DNA of 63,700 bases, filler included, from Octopus bimaculoides (Eukaryota): NCBI RefSeq assembly GCF_001194135.2. It is 6 parts of 6 records of this genome, joined end to end, with 100 filler letters (N's around TTAATTAATTAA, not from the genome) between each part and the next. Parts side by side here need not be neighbours in the genome. Positions count along the whole stretch, not along the records: positions 1 to 20,326 come from NC_068981.1; 5 more parts are not named here. One strand, written 5' to 3'. The position numbers and the translations under genes are program-made. The notes beneath the pieces are model-generated. The model saw only the letters and a list, made by a program, of their open reading frames with translations, made no database searches and was not told the origin of the DNA. Numbering within the stretch: position 1 is the first letter of the stretch; each line of letters starts with the position of its first letter. Of the stretch, positions 1-13,129 are shown in pieces.

Positions 1-903
1 ATATATATATATATATAAAATATAATATATTATATATCATGCCTAAGTGCGTTTATTTTGCGTCACTATCTCTCTCTCTCTCTCTCTTCTCCCTTTCTCT
101 CTATATATACACATACGCGTGTGCGCATATATTTGAATATTAACGGGCTTACGTGTTGGAGAAATAACCATGTATATGTATTTCTTCTATACTTCTGATG
201 TGCAGGAAAAAAAAATGTGGTAAGTGAACTCTGCTGACGAAGTCGTACTCGGCTTCGTTCACCAATTAAGGTGATGGAACGTCGTTTCTATATAAAACAG
301 TCGAAAATTAGGATAATGGATAACTTAATTTGCACATTCGGGTTTTGACGGCTGATCATTTATCAAACAATATATAATTTATGCACAACACAGCAGGAAT
401 CAGTATTGCTATGAATGTAAATAGCAGAAAGAAATATAAGAATGTATACGTCATAAGAATTTGATAAACTCTGGAGAGAATGTGAAAATAATTCTGTTTT
501 GGAGCAGTGGATCTCGGAGCAAATAAAGCTACAAATAATAGCATAGAAATATTAGACTGTTGGACATTTTGTATCCAAAAAGGTTTTTCAACCCAATATT
601 TACACGCTTTTAGTTATAGTCTAATGTGCTTTGAGAGCCACTGTTCCAAACAAAGAATGTAAGCATATTGGAGGAGGAAGCCCGAAACGTTTTGTCTCAG
701 GAAAGGTCAACGAACAGTGAAACAGTCCGTCAGGAGATGTCTAACACTTTGCCTTATATAGAAACCATGGGATTGACGCGTATATGTACACACTCAGACA
801 ACACACACGTGCGTGTGTATTTGTGTGTGTATATATATAAGATAAAACTAACTTGGAAGACGATAAGTGGCGTTCAATCATATAATAATATGAATAATAT
901 ATA

Positions 904-962
<59 letters not shown>

Positions 963-1064
963 GTATAGATGTAAGTATGTACATATACGTATGTATATAT
1001 ATGCATATATACATACGTATATGTACATACTTACATCTATACGTATATATATATGCATATGTGG

Positions 1065-1350
1065 GCACAGGACGTCATGAAACGTGTATAACAAAAAAGT
1101 ACGAAGCACAGTACATGGAACATGAACTATTCTTTCGAACAACGAAAGATACAAATGGAAAACAAGACAAACAACATAAAGAACAACTCTTCATCAGTTG
1201 TTGGCTGTTTTGTAGTCTCGTATTTCGAGCATTTAACAACAATATACGCTTTCGATAAAACAGTTGCTCCCGCAAAGCAAATTAAATAAAATTTGGGATT
1301 TTGCGGAGGGTCAAAATAGGTAATTCAAACAAGACAGTGAAAACAGGCAG
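1065..1350 (-). repeat. Dispersed repeat family X (conserved gctcgaaat...cagccgacaactgatgaag...gacgtcctgtac), copy 1
   Basis: Homologous to 4706-5090, 11150-11530 and 11705-11865. Possibly a Penelope-like pseudo-LTR (inference). Confidence 0.6.
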
Positions 1351-1724
1351 GAAGGGCTGCTAAGCTTAAATGAGGTTGTGGTGGCGAACGCGTAAATCAA
1401 GCTAGGACAGGAGGCAAGAAAGAACACGTCTTGGCCGATGGTCACGCGGTAGCCACGTGAGCAAAGGAGGAGGAGTGAGGGAGAGAAAGTGACAGAGTAA
1501 TAGGATAGAATAGTGAGAGAAGAGGAGGTAAAAGAATAAGATAGAGAAAAAGAGAGAAAGCGAAAGAGTAAAAAGATCGTATAGAGTGCGCATCAGAATT
1601 ATTAAAATAAAGCTTACTTGGAAGAGGATGTGTGGTCTTCAGTCATATAATAATATAAATAATATACATATATATGCATATATACATTCGTATATGTACA
1701 TACATCTATACGTTTATATATTTA

Positions 1725-2440
1725 CAGGGTGCGGTGAATAGATTGTCACCTAAATTACGTAAAAGTAAAAATAACACCGACATCTCATTTCTACAGATAT
1801 ATTTATAATAAAATCGCCATTGGCTTCAACCACGGCCTCCAGACGACTTTGGAATTTCCTGCAACTCTTCTATACTGTCTCATTGTTTAAACTGGTAAAT
1901 ACTGTCATAATCCTTGCCTTCAGTTCATGCTTGGTGTTACAAAGGGTTTTGTCGGTCTCTCGTTCAACTGCGCTCCCCCCCCCCCCATAATAATCAAGGG
2001 AGTTGCAGTCTGGGAAGTTAGGTGGCCAGATGTTAGGGGTGATGTGATCGTAGAAATTGTCTGACAGTCATAACTACGTTCTCCTGCTCGTGTGGCATGG
2101 TGTAGAGTCCTGTTGCCAGACATAGAAACTTCCAGCAGCCACCTTTTCACCCAAGTCAGCACTACCTCCTTCAGGCACTTAATGTCGGCCTCCGTGTTGA
2201 GTGTGAAGTCGTGTGCGAAGATGAATCGAAACATAACTTTGCCATCACTATTGATCGCTCCAAAGACCATGATGCTGACTGGATGTTTGATTCTTATCAC
2301 TCTCGGTGCATGTTTTGGGGACACGGCAAGCTGACGACTGTTCTGTGTGTTCACGATCTGATCTTGGCAGAAATATTTCTCATTTGAGAAAAACCAAAGC
2401 ATGTTTGGATCGAGGGGATGCTTGAGTTTGTAAGGGTAAT
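1725..2440 (-). mobile_element. Decayed Tc1/mariner element, DD37D (maT-type) transposase pseudogene; one TIR present, 5' truncated
   Basis: Frameshifted KLKHPLDPNMLWFFSNEK...KHPVSIMVFG...WQQDSTPCHTSRRT*L*LSDNFYDHITPNIWPPNFPDCNSLDY with 37 residues between the 2nd and 3rd Asp. TA|CAGGGTGCGGTGAATAGATTGTCACC terminus at 1725. Confidence 0.88.
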
Positions 2441-2535
2441 TTACCTAATATTTCTGCTGTTCTAACAACGGTGTTTCTGCGGTCGAAAAAAATGATAATC
2501 TTATTTGTATCATACAATATATATTTGTATTTATG

Positions 2536-2572
<37 letters not shown>

Positions 2573-2872
2573 NNNNNNNNNNNNNNNNNNNNNNNNNNNN
2601 NNNNNNNNNNNNNNNNNNNNNNNNNNNNNNNNNNNNNNNNNNNNNNNNNNNNNNNNNNNNNNNNNNNNNNNNNNNNNNNNNNNNNNNNNNNNNNNNNNNN
2701 NNNNNNNNNNNNNNNNNNNNNNNNNNNNNNNNNNNNNNNNNNNNNNNNNNNNNNNNNNNNNNNNNNNNNNNNNNNNNNNNNNNNNNNNNNNNNNNNNNNN
2801 NNNNNNNNNNNNNNNNNNNNNNNNNNNNNNNNNNNNNNNNNNNNNNNNNNNNNNNNNNNNNNNNNNNNNNNN

Positions 2873-2922
<50 letters not shown>

Positions 2923-4705
2923 GTGTGTGTACATAAATATGTATATAGTGTGTATATACATGAAGACGATTTTCATTTTAACAAAATGCGCATACATTAC
3001 TGATTCACATATACACCAACGTACTCTATCAAATTTATGGATAAAACACATTCCTTTATCATGTTAGTGTTGCTGCTGTTTATTCCCAGCTCAGACAAAC
3101 CTGTGATTAAAATATTTTCGGCCGTGGCCATCCCGTCCATCGTGATTTTTTATCCTGGACTACTTTGTCTAATACGTCAGATTTTAGAGAAGTGGGTTTC
3201 TAATTTGAGCGAGATTTAGTTTTTTTATTTTATTTCTAGCGTGCCAAGCGACTGTGTTGCGGCTTTCCTGATGAGTTGTAATTCATGTATAATATCCCAC
3301 TTCGGTGATTATTATATCATATATATTTAATATTCATGATCTAACACGTGTATAGCATATGCTATTTATAACATGTAATACATAAACGAGTAATGTGATA
3401 AAATGTTACATAGCTGGTTGATATAACGAACAAAGTTAAGCAGTATCTAACATATTCCTCATGAATATAGGCATGCATAATATGTTATATGCAAGATATA
3501 ATACATTTTGCTTTAGATATACAAGACATAACACATTCGTTTATAATGTGTAAGGTAATATTGTTTAACACATTCATGTGTAATATTATGTATCATATTT
3601 ATAATGTCATGAATAATATATCACGTACATATATAATATACTTTTGTCGACAATAATAAAATCTTTTCTCATAATTGAAGTTCGAATCCCGCCGAAGTCA
3701 ACTTTACTGTTTATTATTTCGGAATCGGTAAATGAAATATCCATCTCGCACTGTGTGTATATAATCAATTAACAATCCGCCTGCCAAATTTCCGGCGTTG
3801 TTTCAATGTTAGAAAATCACAGCAAAACATCAACAACAATAACAACCGCATCAACAGTCGTAATAATAATAAGAAGAAGAGCACTCAGAGAGCACAAATC
3901 TCCTCCAAGGCAACACCAACGTCCTCTCAACGATTAACCAGGGATGATTTTTAAAATGAGAATATCTGAAATAAAATCCTTCAATGAATATCATGAGACC
4001 TTTTAGTTTTCTCTTCCCTTAAATTCTGGTCTTCCTTTAGTAATCCCGTTGTTTTAGAACGATGTATAGAATTGTGTATATATGTAAGTATACGGTAAGG
4101 TGTTAAAATGTATGTATAATCTCCNNNNNNNNNNNNNNNNNNNNNNNNNNNNNNNNNNNNNNNNNNNNNNNNNNNNNNNNNNNNNNNNNNNNNNNNNNNN
4201 NNNNNNNNNNNNNNNNNNNNNNNNNNNNNNNNNNNNNNNNNNNNNNNNNNNNNNNNNNNNNNNNNNNNNNNNNNNNNNNTATATATGTATATGTATATAT
4301 TTGCGTGTGCATATGGGGCTGGCCAGATTGGAGCAATATCGAGAATAACCGGCCGAAATTGCAAAGATAATTTGGATCTCGACTGAGAAAAGAAAACTCC
4401 GAATGACCTGTCCTTGTTTTCTTTGTATCGTATATCTGGATGTTTTGTTGTCCCTTTCTTGTATCACATAACTGTCTGGATGTTTTGCGTTCTTGGCCCA
4501 TTTTGTATTATTTATATATATATATATATACATTATATATACATTTTTATTATTTATATAGCGGCGTACGTACACTTTGTCTCTTATATGTAAGTATACA
4601 GATATATATATATTTGTATATATATATAATATAAATAATATATATGCATATATACCCACACATATTTACATACATACATATCTATGTATATAGGTATGCA
4701 TATAT

Positions 4706-5090
4706 GGGTACAGGACGTCACAAAACGCAAACAACATGAAATACGAAAATAACGTTGGGTACGCAAAGAACGGGAGGAACAAATGGAAAGCAAGACAAGC
4801 AACATAAAAAAATCGACCCTTCATCAGTTGTCGGCTGTTCTACTCCTTATTTCGAGCAATGAACTACAAGATAAGACTTTGAAGGCAGTTGCTCCCGCGG
4901 GCCAAAATAAAATTTGGGATTTGCTGAGGGTCAAAGTTGGTAACAAAAACAAGACATACAACAAACCAAACGAAACAAATACAAACAGGGAGGGCCATTA
5001 GGGTCAGACGAGATAATGTAGCAAACACTGGAATAAGATTCTTTGACAAGAGAAATCATAGGAGAGGAGACAGATAGGAATGTCTGGACT
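4706..5090 (-). repeat. Dispersed repeat family X, copy 2
   Basis: Same motifs as copy 1 (caggacgtca, ttcatcagttgtcggctg, atttcgagca, gagggtcaaa). Confidence 0.6.
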
Positions 5091-5106
5091 GCACAACAAA
5101 CTGAAG

Positions 5107-5454
5107 GACTTGCGGTGGTAGGATCGCGGTTTCGATTCCGAGACCGGGCGTTATGAGTGTTTATTGAGCGAAAACACTTAAAGCCCCACGAATCTCTCGC
5201 AGGGGTTGGTGGTGAACCCTGCTGTACTCTTTCATCACAATTTTCTCTCACTCTATCTTCCTGTTTCTGTTGTGCCTGTAATTCAAAGGGTCACCTTTGT
5301 CACACTGTGTCACGCTGAATATCCCCGAGAACTACGTTAAGGGTACACGTGTCTGTGGAGTGCTCAGCCACTTGCACGTTAATTTCACGAGCAGGCTGTT
5401 CCGTTGATAGGATCAACTGGAACCCTCGACGTCGTAAGCGACGGAGTGCCGACA
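5107..5454 (+). mobile_element. tRNA-derived SINE family A, 5' truncated
   Basis: B-box ggtttcgattcc; shared body; ends cctcgacgtcgtaagcgacggagtgcc. Confidence 0.85.
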
Positions 5455-7338
5455 TGTATTTGCCTGTAGTTAAGTAAATGTAAAGATTCATTTTAATATC
5501 TATCTCAATATTATTGACATGCAAATACATAACAAAATATAATGTTTTTACGAATTTTATTAGCTATTGTTTTTCGACGGATCATAGGTAGTTATCTTCA
5601 GTTCTCAATTACTCACGGTAGGAGCTTCAAAGTGGTCACTCTACGTGCTAGAAATCAACCCCGTCTTCCTCAAATTACGCCAGACAACTGGGTAACGTGG
5701 TCATTGTATACACATTGGTTGAAAAAATACATGAAAAAGTAGGATAGTCAAATATATGGAAAAGTGGGCTACAAAATCTTTGAATATCGGTCCTAAGCAG
5801 CAACAACAAAGACCTGCTCTTGTTAGTTTTTGTTGTTGCACAGTCCAGGTTCAATCTCGATAGATTAGAATTATGATCAAAAGCACTCTAACTATGACCA
5901 TTCAGTCTTTGTAGTAGTATGTACAGCTACATTATCCAATGTGATTTTGTGTATGTCAGACGTTAAATGTAATGCAATAGGGACTTAGGTGATGTTTCTA
6001 GCATGCGGAGCGTCCACAAAGAAGCCTCTAGTTGGCTCGTACAATATTCACTTGCTTCATATAGGTTGATTTATAACTTAGAGAAGTGTAAAAGTGTCAA
6101 GATAAATTCAACAGAGCGATAGAGAGAGAGAGAGAAAAATAGAGAGAGAGAAATAGAGACAGAGAAAAGGGAAGGGAGAGAGAGAGAAAGGGAGAAAAAG
6201 ACAGAGAGAGAAAAAAGATAGAGGGAGAGAGAGAGAGAGAGAGAGAGAGGAAGAAGACGTTATTGCGATATTTGACTCGCAAACTCTTGATCTGTGCACC
6301 ATATATGTCTTCCTTCGCTTGTATATGTGTATTTTATGACAAAACCATCAAGCAGGCAGCTTTCACGACCGAATCTCCATCTTATTTCGCCGTTTCACAA
6401 GTATGTATCTATCTGGTCGACTATTCTTGAATTTAATTTTGCGTTTTATACCACTTTTAGATCCTAACAAGATTATCCATAAAATTGTACTTGCGTGAGT
6501 GCATGTATTTTCTTTTACTTGTTTCGGCCATTGGTCCGTGGTTGCATTGGACATCACCCTCAAGTGTTTCAGTCAGTTATATCGACCCCACTCTCTAAAT
6601 ACTTTGTCTTCCTTGTTTTATTCCGCTTTTATAGTCTACCGAAATTTTCGATAGAATTATATATGTGTATGTATGACTATTGTAATCTGTGTTAGTTTAT
6701 GTTTGCATACGTATGTTGTTGTTCTCACTACATATATACTCAAACGCGAAAATTCCGTTATTCCATCAACTGAATTACCTGTTTCTGAATTAACATGTAA
6801 TTGACTGAACATTACACGCTTGTGTACCCTTGACGTAGTTCTTAGGTATAATCAGCGTAAGATAGTATGACGAAGTTTTTGATTTATGAGTGCAAACCAA
6901 CTGGCCGGTCGGATTCTAGACAGTTTCCGCCAACTCACTTTTATTCACAAAGTATGAGTCGATCCGAGCTTACAGAAAATGATCGCTGTGGAATCGAACC
7001 CAGGACTTCCTTCCTGTAAAACAAACTTCTTAACCATACGGTCAACTTGCACCTACTGATTGCATATACATGCGTACAGACACCTAACTCATCCACGACT
7101 AATACTGCAAGACTTTTCTCAAACTTAAAATGACTTTGCTTTTGTTATCTACGCTCCAATGATGGAGCTGTGTATCTTTGTTAGAAACCAAATCCTTCAT
7201 CAGAGGAAGTAATCAAAAGGAGAAAACACCCACCCCTACAGACACTTGCACACATATATATACACACAAACATATATATATATATATATATATCAGTGGT
7301 GACTCCGGCACTCGGGCTGTTCGGGCTCAGACTGAGTA

Positions 7339-7364
7339 TCTATATATATAAAAATGAGAATGTG

Positions 7365-7416
<52 letters not shown>
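7339..7416 (+). mobile_element. Probable non-autonomous Helitron 5' end with (GTCT)n, running into a gap
   Basis: A|TCTATATATATAAAAATGAGAATGTG followed by (TCTG)n. The 3' end is not visible. Confidence 0.5.
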
Positions 7417-8573
7417 NNNNNNNNNNNNNNNNNNNNNNNNNNNNNNNNNNNNNNNNNNNNNNNNNNNNNNNNNNNNNNNNNNNNNNNNNNNNNNNNNNNN
7501 NNNNNNNNNNNNNNNNNNNNNNNNNNNNNNNNNNNNNNNNNNNNNNNNNNNNNNNNNNNNNNNNNNNNNNNNNNNNNNNNNNNNNNNNNNNNNNNNNNNN
7601 NNNNNNNNNNNNNNNNNNNNNNNNNNNNNNNNNNNNNNNNNNNNNNNNNNNNNNNNNNNNNNNNNNNNNNNNNNNNNNNNNNNNNNNNNNNNNNNNNNNN
7701 NNNNNNNNNNNNNNNNNNNNNNNNNNNNNNNNNNNNNNNNNNNNNNNNNNNNNNNNNNNNNNNNNNNNNNNNNNNNNNNNNNNNNNNNNNNNNNNNNNNN
7801 NNNNNNNNNNNNNNNNNNNNNNNNNNNNNNNNNNNNNNNNNNNNNNNNNNNNNNNNNNNNNNNNNNNNNNNNNNNNNNNNNNNNNNNNNNNNNNNNNNNN
7901 NNNNNNNNNNNNNNNNNNNNNNNNNNNNNNNNNNNNNNNNNNNNNNNNNNNNNNNNNNNNNNNNNNNNNNNNNNNNNNNNNNNNNNNNNNNNNNNNNNNN
8001 NNNNNNNNNNNNNNNNNNNNNNNNNNNNNNNNNNNNNNNNNNNNNNNNNNNNNNNNNNNNNNNNNNNNNNNNNNNNNNNNNNNNNNNNNNNNNNNNNNNN
8101 NNNNNNNNNNNNNNNNNNNNNNNNNNNNNNNNNNNNNNNNNNNNNNNNNNNNNNNNNNNNNNNNNNNNNNNNNNNNNNNNNNNNNNNNNNNNNNNNNNNN
8201 NNNNNNNNNNNNNNNNNNNNNNNNNNNNNNNNNNNNNNNNNNNNNNNNNNNNNNNNNNNNNNNNNNNNNNNNNNNNNNNNNNNNNNNNNCTTAACCATAC
8301 GGTCAACTTGCACCTACTGATTGCATATACATGCGTACAGACACCTAACTCATCCACGACTAATACTGCAAGACTTTTCTCAAACTTAAAATGACTTTGC
8401 TTTTGTTATCTACGCTCCAATGATGGAGCTGTGTATCTTTGTTAGAAACCAAATCCTTCATCAGAGGAAGTAATCAAAAGGAGAAAACACCCACCCCTAC
8501 AGACACTTGCACACATATATATACACACAAACATATATATATACGTGTGTTTGGGTGCGTGTGTGTATATACA

Positions 8574-8664
8574 TCTCTATATATAAAGATGATGCGTAGT
8601 CTAGACGGCGTTTTTAGATTTCATTATTCTCTTTAACCCGGGCAACGCCGGGTATTTCTGCTAG
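8574..8664 (+). mobile_element. 91-bp minimal Helitron
   Basis: 5' TC, 3' CTAG, inserted between A and T, no TSD, hairpin CCCGG-gcaacg-CCGGG 8 nt before CTAG. Confidence 0.75.
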
Positions 8665-9155
8665 TAAATTTAATAAAGTGAACGTGTATTTGCAAGCTGA
8701 TTTAATTTCTGCCAACACTGACTTCAAGTATGTAATTGCAGCCAATAACTCGGGCTCCTATTATTGAGCCTGGTCGCAGTTGACTTATTTTCATTCAGCG
8801 TCTGGAGGTCGTCTTAGAGGTGCCCTGTGTCAAAAATTGCTCTCCTCACACTTGGGTGTTTGATATATATGTTTTTGCTACTCTTGTTGAGGGTTATCTC
8901 TAATTCAATCCCAATCGAATCGAACAATAAAGACGTTCTCGTCGCAACAATCCCAACTTCTTTTTCATATGAATGTATGCAGGATCACATTATCCAATGT
9001 ACGTTTCTATTTTAAAATAATAGGCTGTAATTTGTAAGAGATTTGACTGCTGCTTCTAGTAACTCAACTGGCCATAAGAAGCTCTCAGCTGACATGTTAT
9101 GAGACTCAAAGGCTATCGGCTGTTTTTTCTTCATGCCGATATCACTGTTTCTGTA

Positions 9156-9546
9156 GTGGAGGCGCAAGGCCCAGTGGTTAGAGCAGCGGACTCGCGGTCA
9201 TAGGATCGCGGTTTCGATTTCCAGACCAGGCGTTGTGAGTGTTTATTGAGCGAAGACACCTAAAGCTCCACGAGGCTCCGGCAGGTGAAGGTGGCGAACC
9301 CTGCTGTACTCTTCCACCACAACTTTCTCTCACTCTTACTTCCTGTTTCTGTTGTGCCTGTAATTCAAAGAGTCAGCCTTGTCACACTGTGTCACGCTGA
9401 ATATCCCCGAGAACTACGTTAAGGGTACACGTGTCCGTGGAGTGCTCAGCCACTTGCACGTTAATTTCACGAGCAGACTGTTCCATTGATCGGATCAACT
9501 GGAATCCTCGACGTCGTAAGCGACGGAGTACCAACAGCAACAACAA
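9156..9546 (+). mobile_element. tRNA-derived SINE family A, full length
   Basis: A-box-like ggcccagtggtta, B-box ggtttcgatttcc, two 3' hairpins, (aac)n tail. Confidence 0.9.
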
Positions 9547-10674
9547 CTGTTTCTGTTGTATGATTAAGCTGATGAGAGTATCTTGTTGGTTTTAATACCA
9601 AGAGACGTGAACTCTTCAACAGTGATTTACCAAATGTGGCTTCTGATACCAGAATTGGTGACGCAGATGCATTGTTGAATCTCAAATTGCCATATGTCTT
9701 AAACCTGGCAAGTAGGATGTTTCGTCACTCTATCTTAGTTCACAGTACCTTTATACGATAGGTTTTTTAAAAAAAATACTTAAGTATTTGTAACGTTTAC
9801 TTCGTGGAACAACCGAAATAGAGAGTCACCATTGATGTTAATATTTCTTCCTTATATTTTTGGTTGGAAAGTAGCTTTCGCGCCTACAACAAACAAATAT
9901 GAACAATTCTTTTGGTCAAATTCCATCACTGTCTCACTTGAAAACGTTGTTATTAAACCCAGCTGTTTTTTAAAACCATATGTATATTTATGTGCATATA
10001 TGTATGTGTCTATGAAAGCACGTTTGTATGTACCGATTTATATATATGCGGCTCATGTATTTAGACATACATGTGTGTATAGCAAGCAAATGTGTATGTA
10101 TCCATGTACGTATACTATATATGCCAATATATGTGAATAGATACATCTGAAAATATCTGTGTATATGTGAGTACGTGTGGGTGTGTGCCTGGTCCCTTTT
10201 ATTTCGTAATTATTTGAATGCTTCTTATAAAGAAAGGGTTTAGTTTCCAAGAAGAATAAAAGCTGTCATTGGAATGTAACAACAGTAACAACAGTATACT
10301 GTTAAACACTGAATTTTAGAAAAGTCTTACATATTTTCACTGTAGATTCAGTTTGTAGTATAGAAGCTTGAGTGTCTCTTTCCCCAAGCTATCAACACTA
10401 TAAACATTATCAAATCCACCAATGCACCTTTACAATATGGGTAGAGACATTGTCGGTTTCTTAGCATATGGCCGCATGTATGTATGTATGTATGTATGTA
10501 TGTATGTATGTATGTATGCATGTATGTATGTATGTATGTATATATGGATGTGTGTGTGTTTGTGAGTGTGTTGTATGTATGCATGTGTATGTACGTATGT
10601 ATGAACGGATGTACTTGTGCGTGTATCTATACATGTGTTAATGTCAGGATTCCTATTAGTATGTATCTTTTTGC

Positions 10675-10722
<48 letters not shown>

Positions 10723-10732
10723 GTAAACGTGT

Positions 10733-10968
10733 GTATATTTCTTTATTGCCCACAGGAGGCTAAACACAGAGGGGACAAACAAGGACAGACAAAGGGATTA
10801 AGTGATTACATCGACCTCCAGTGCGTAACTGGTACTTATTTAATCGATTTCCAAAGGATGAAAGACAAAGTCGACCTCGGCGGAATTTGAATTCAGAACG
10901 TAACGGCAGACGGACAACCGCTAAGCATTTCGCCCGGCGTGCTAACGATTCTGCTAGTTCACCGCCTT
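10733..10968 (-). mobile_element. tRNA-derived SINE family B (CORE-like middle)
   Basis: On minus: aaggcgg...agaatcgttagcacgccgggcgaaatgcttagcgg...ttctgaattcaaattccgccgaggtcgactttg...aagtaccagt. About 20 further copies or fragments in the window. Confidence 0.85.
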
Positions 10969-11082
10969 AACATGTATGTATATTAAGGGATATATGCATG
11001 CTGCGCATATGTATAAACGTATATGTACGTATACACACACGGACACACATAAATACAAAATTATATTAAAATTTTGTGCAAT

Positions 11083-11126
<44 letters not shown>

Positions 11127-11149
11127 TATACATATATAAATATTCATAT

Positions 11150-11865
11150 AAGGGTACAGAATGTCACCCACAGTAAACAACATGAAATACGAAAATAAAT
11201 GAGTTCAACACGCAAACAACGGAGGAACAAATGGAAAACAGAACAAGTAACGCAAAAAACGAGACTTCATCAGTTGTCGGCTGTCTATCTACTCATCATT
11301 TCGAGCACTGAATGACAATATGAGTCTTCGAAGACTCATAAGTCCCAAGATAGAATTTTGGATTTATGGAGGGTCAAAGTTAGGAACAAGAGTAGGGCAG
11401 TGGAGACATACAAAGAAACCGAACGAAAACAAACATGGAGGGTTGTTAGATAAAATAGCAACGCTAGAGAAATATTTTCTTTGACAAGAGAAATGATAAA
11501 AGAGAGAGATAGGATAGTCCAGTCCTTAGGACAGTCCTGAAAGAAAAGAAAGATGATCTCGTGAGGAAAAGAAAGATAGACGATGGTCACGTGTGAACAA
11601 CGAGAGAGAGAGAGAAAGGGAGAAAGAGATAGAAAACGGTGAAGGAGAGAAAAGGGGAATTAGAGAAAAGAATAAGAGAGAAAAACGATGTGAGAGAAAA
11701 CAGTATATGCTCGAAATGAGGAGTAGATAGATAGCCGACAACTAATGAAGGGTCGCTCTTTGTGTTACTTGTCTTGTCTTCCATTTGTTTCTCTCATTGT
11801 TTGCATATTGAACTCATCTATTTTCGTATTTCATGTTGTTTACTGTTAGTGACGTCCTGCACCTA
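11150..11865. repeat. Head-to-head inverted pair of repeat family X (minus copy 11150-11530, plus copy 11705-11865)
   Basis: Plus copy gctcgaaatgaggagtagatagatagccgacaactaatgaaggg...gacgtcctgcacc is the reverse complement of the left copy's end. Confidence 0.65.
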
Positions 11866-11875
11866 TACATGCACA

Positions 11876-11913
<38 letters not shown>

Positions 11914-12602
11914 ATTTATATTATTATTTTATTGAATGCCACACATCCATTTCCAAGTATATATATATANNNNNNNNNNNNNNNNNNNNNNNNNNNNNNN
12001 NNNNNNNNNNNNNNNNNNNNNNNNNNNNNNNNNNNNNNNNNNNNNNNNNNNNNNNNNNNNNNNNNNNNNNNNNNNNNNNNNNNNNNNNNNNNNNNNNNNN
12101 NNNNNNNNNNNNNNNNNNNNNNNNNNNNNNNNNNNNNNNNNNNNNNNNNNNNNNNNNNNNNNNNNNNNNNNNNNNNNNNNNNNNNNNNNNNNNNNNNNNN
12201 NNNNNNNNNNNNNNNNNNNNNNNNNNNNNNNNNNNNNNNNNNNNNNNNNNNNNNNNNNNNNNNNNNNNNNNNNNNNNNNNNNNNNNNNNNNNNNNNNNNN
12301 NNNNNNNNNNNNNNNNNNNNNNNNNNNNNNNNNNNNNNNNNNNNNNNNNNNNNNNNNNNNNNNNNNNNNNNNNNNNNNNNNNNNNNNNNNNNNNNNNNNN
12401 NNNNNNNNNNNNNNNNNNNNNNNNNNNNNNNNNNNNNNNNNNNNNNNNNNNNNNNNNNNNNNNNNNNNNNNNNNNNNNNNNNNNNNNNNNNNNNNNNNNN
12501 NNNNNNNNNNNNNNNNNNNNNNNNNNNNNNNNNNNNNNNGATATGATGAAAGAGATCGGAAGCAGTTTATATGCGTGTTTATGTGTGTGTTTGTGTGTGG
12601 GG

Positions 12603-12661
<59 letters not shown>

Positions 12662-13129
12662 TGTCTGTCTGTCTGTCTGTCTGTGCGTATGTGTTTTCTA
12701 ATCCCTTACCGATTGAAAAAAGAGTCAGTTTCTATCTCAGAAACAAGAATTGTTTAATGGAATCTAGATAATATCAACGGTACATTTATGTGGAATGTTC
12801 TTCTGGTTTTAGTTTCAAAATTTCTCACAAATAGGGAAAGAATCAGTCTATGACCGAGAAACAAGTTCCTTTCTGTGGATTATAGACAGCATCGTCTAGA
12901 TTGTCATACATGGTATATATGCATGCATGCGTGTCTGTCTACGTGCGTACGTACGTACGTATGTATGTATGTATGTATGTATGTATGTATGTATGTATGT
13001 ATGTATGTATGTATGTATGTACGTACAGCCTTTCTTACGTATGTATGTTTGTATGAATGTATGTATGTATGTATGTATGTATGTATGTATATATATATGT
13101 ATGTATAGCTAGTCTTGCTCCCATGATGA

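Noticed and set aside
224-262. CUGACGA followed by a hairpin (possible hammerhead)
   Set aside because: No GAAA after the stem; only a simple hairpin.
668-1258. Long ORFs rich in YI, CV, TH, X or poly-I/N/H here and throughout the track
   Set aside because: Translations of microsatellites or N runs.
9156-9230. tRNA-like heads here and in other SINEs as tRNA genes
   Set aside because: No complete cloverleaf or acceptor stem; they continue into SINE bodies.
9566-9610. CUGAUGA...ataccaagagacgt (possible hammerhead)
   Set aside because: GAAA core absent and stems I and III not formable.
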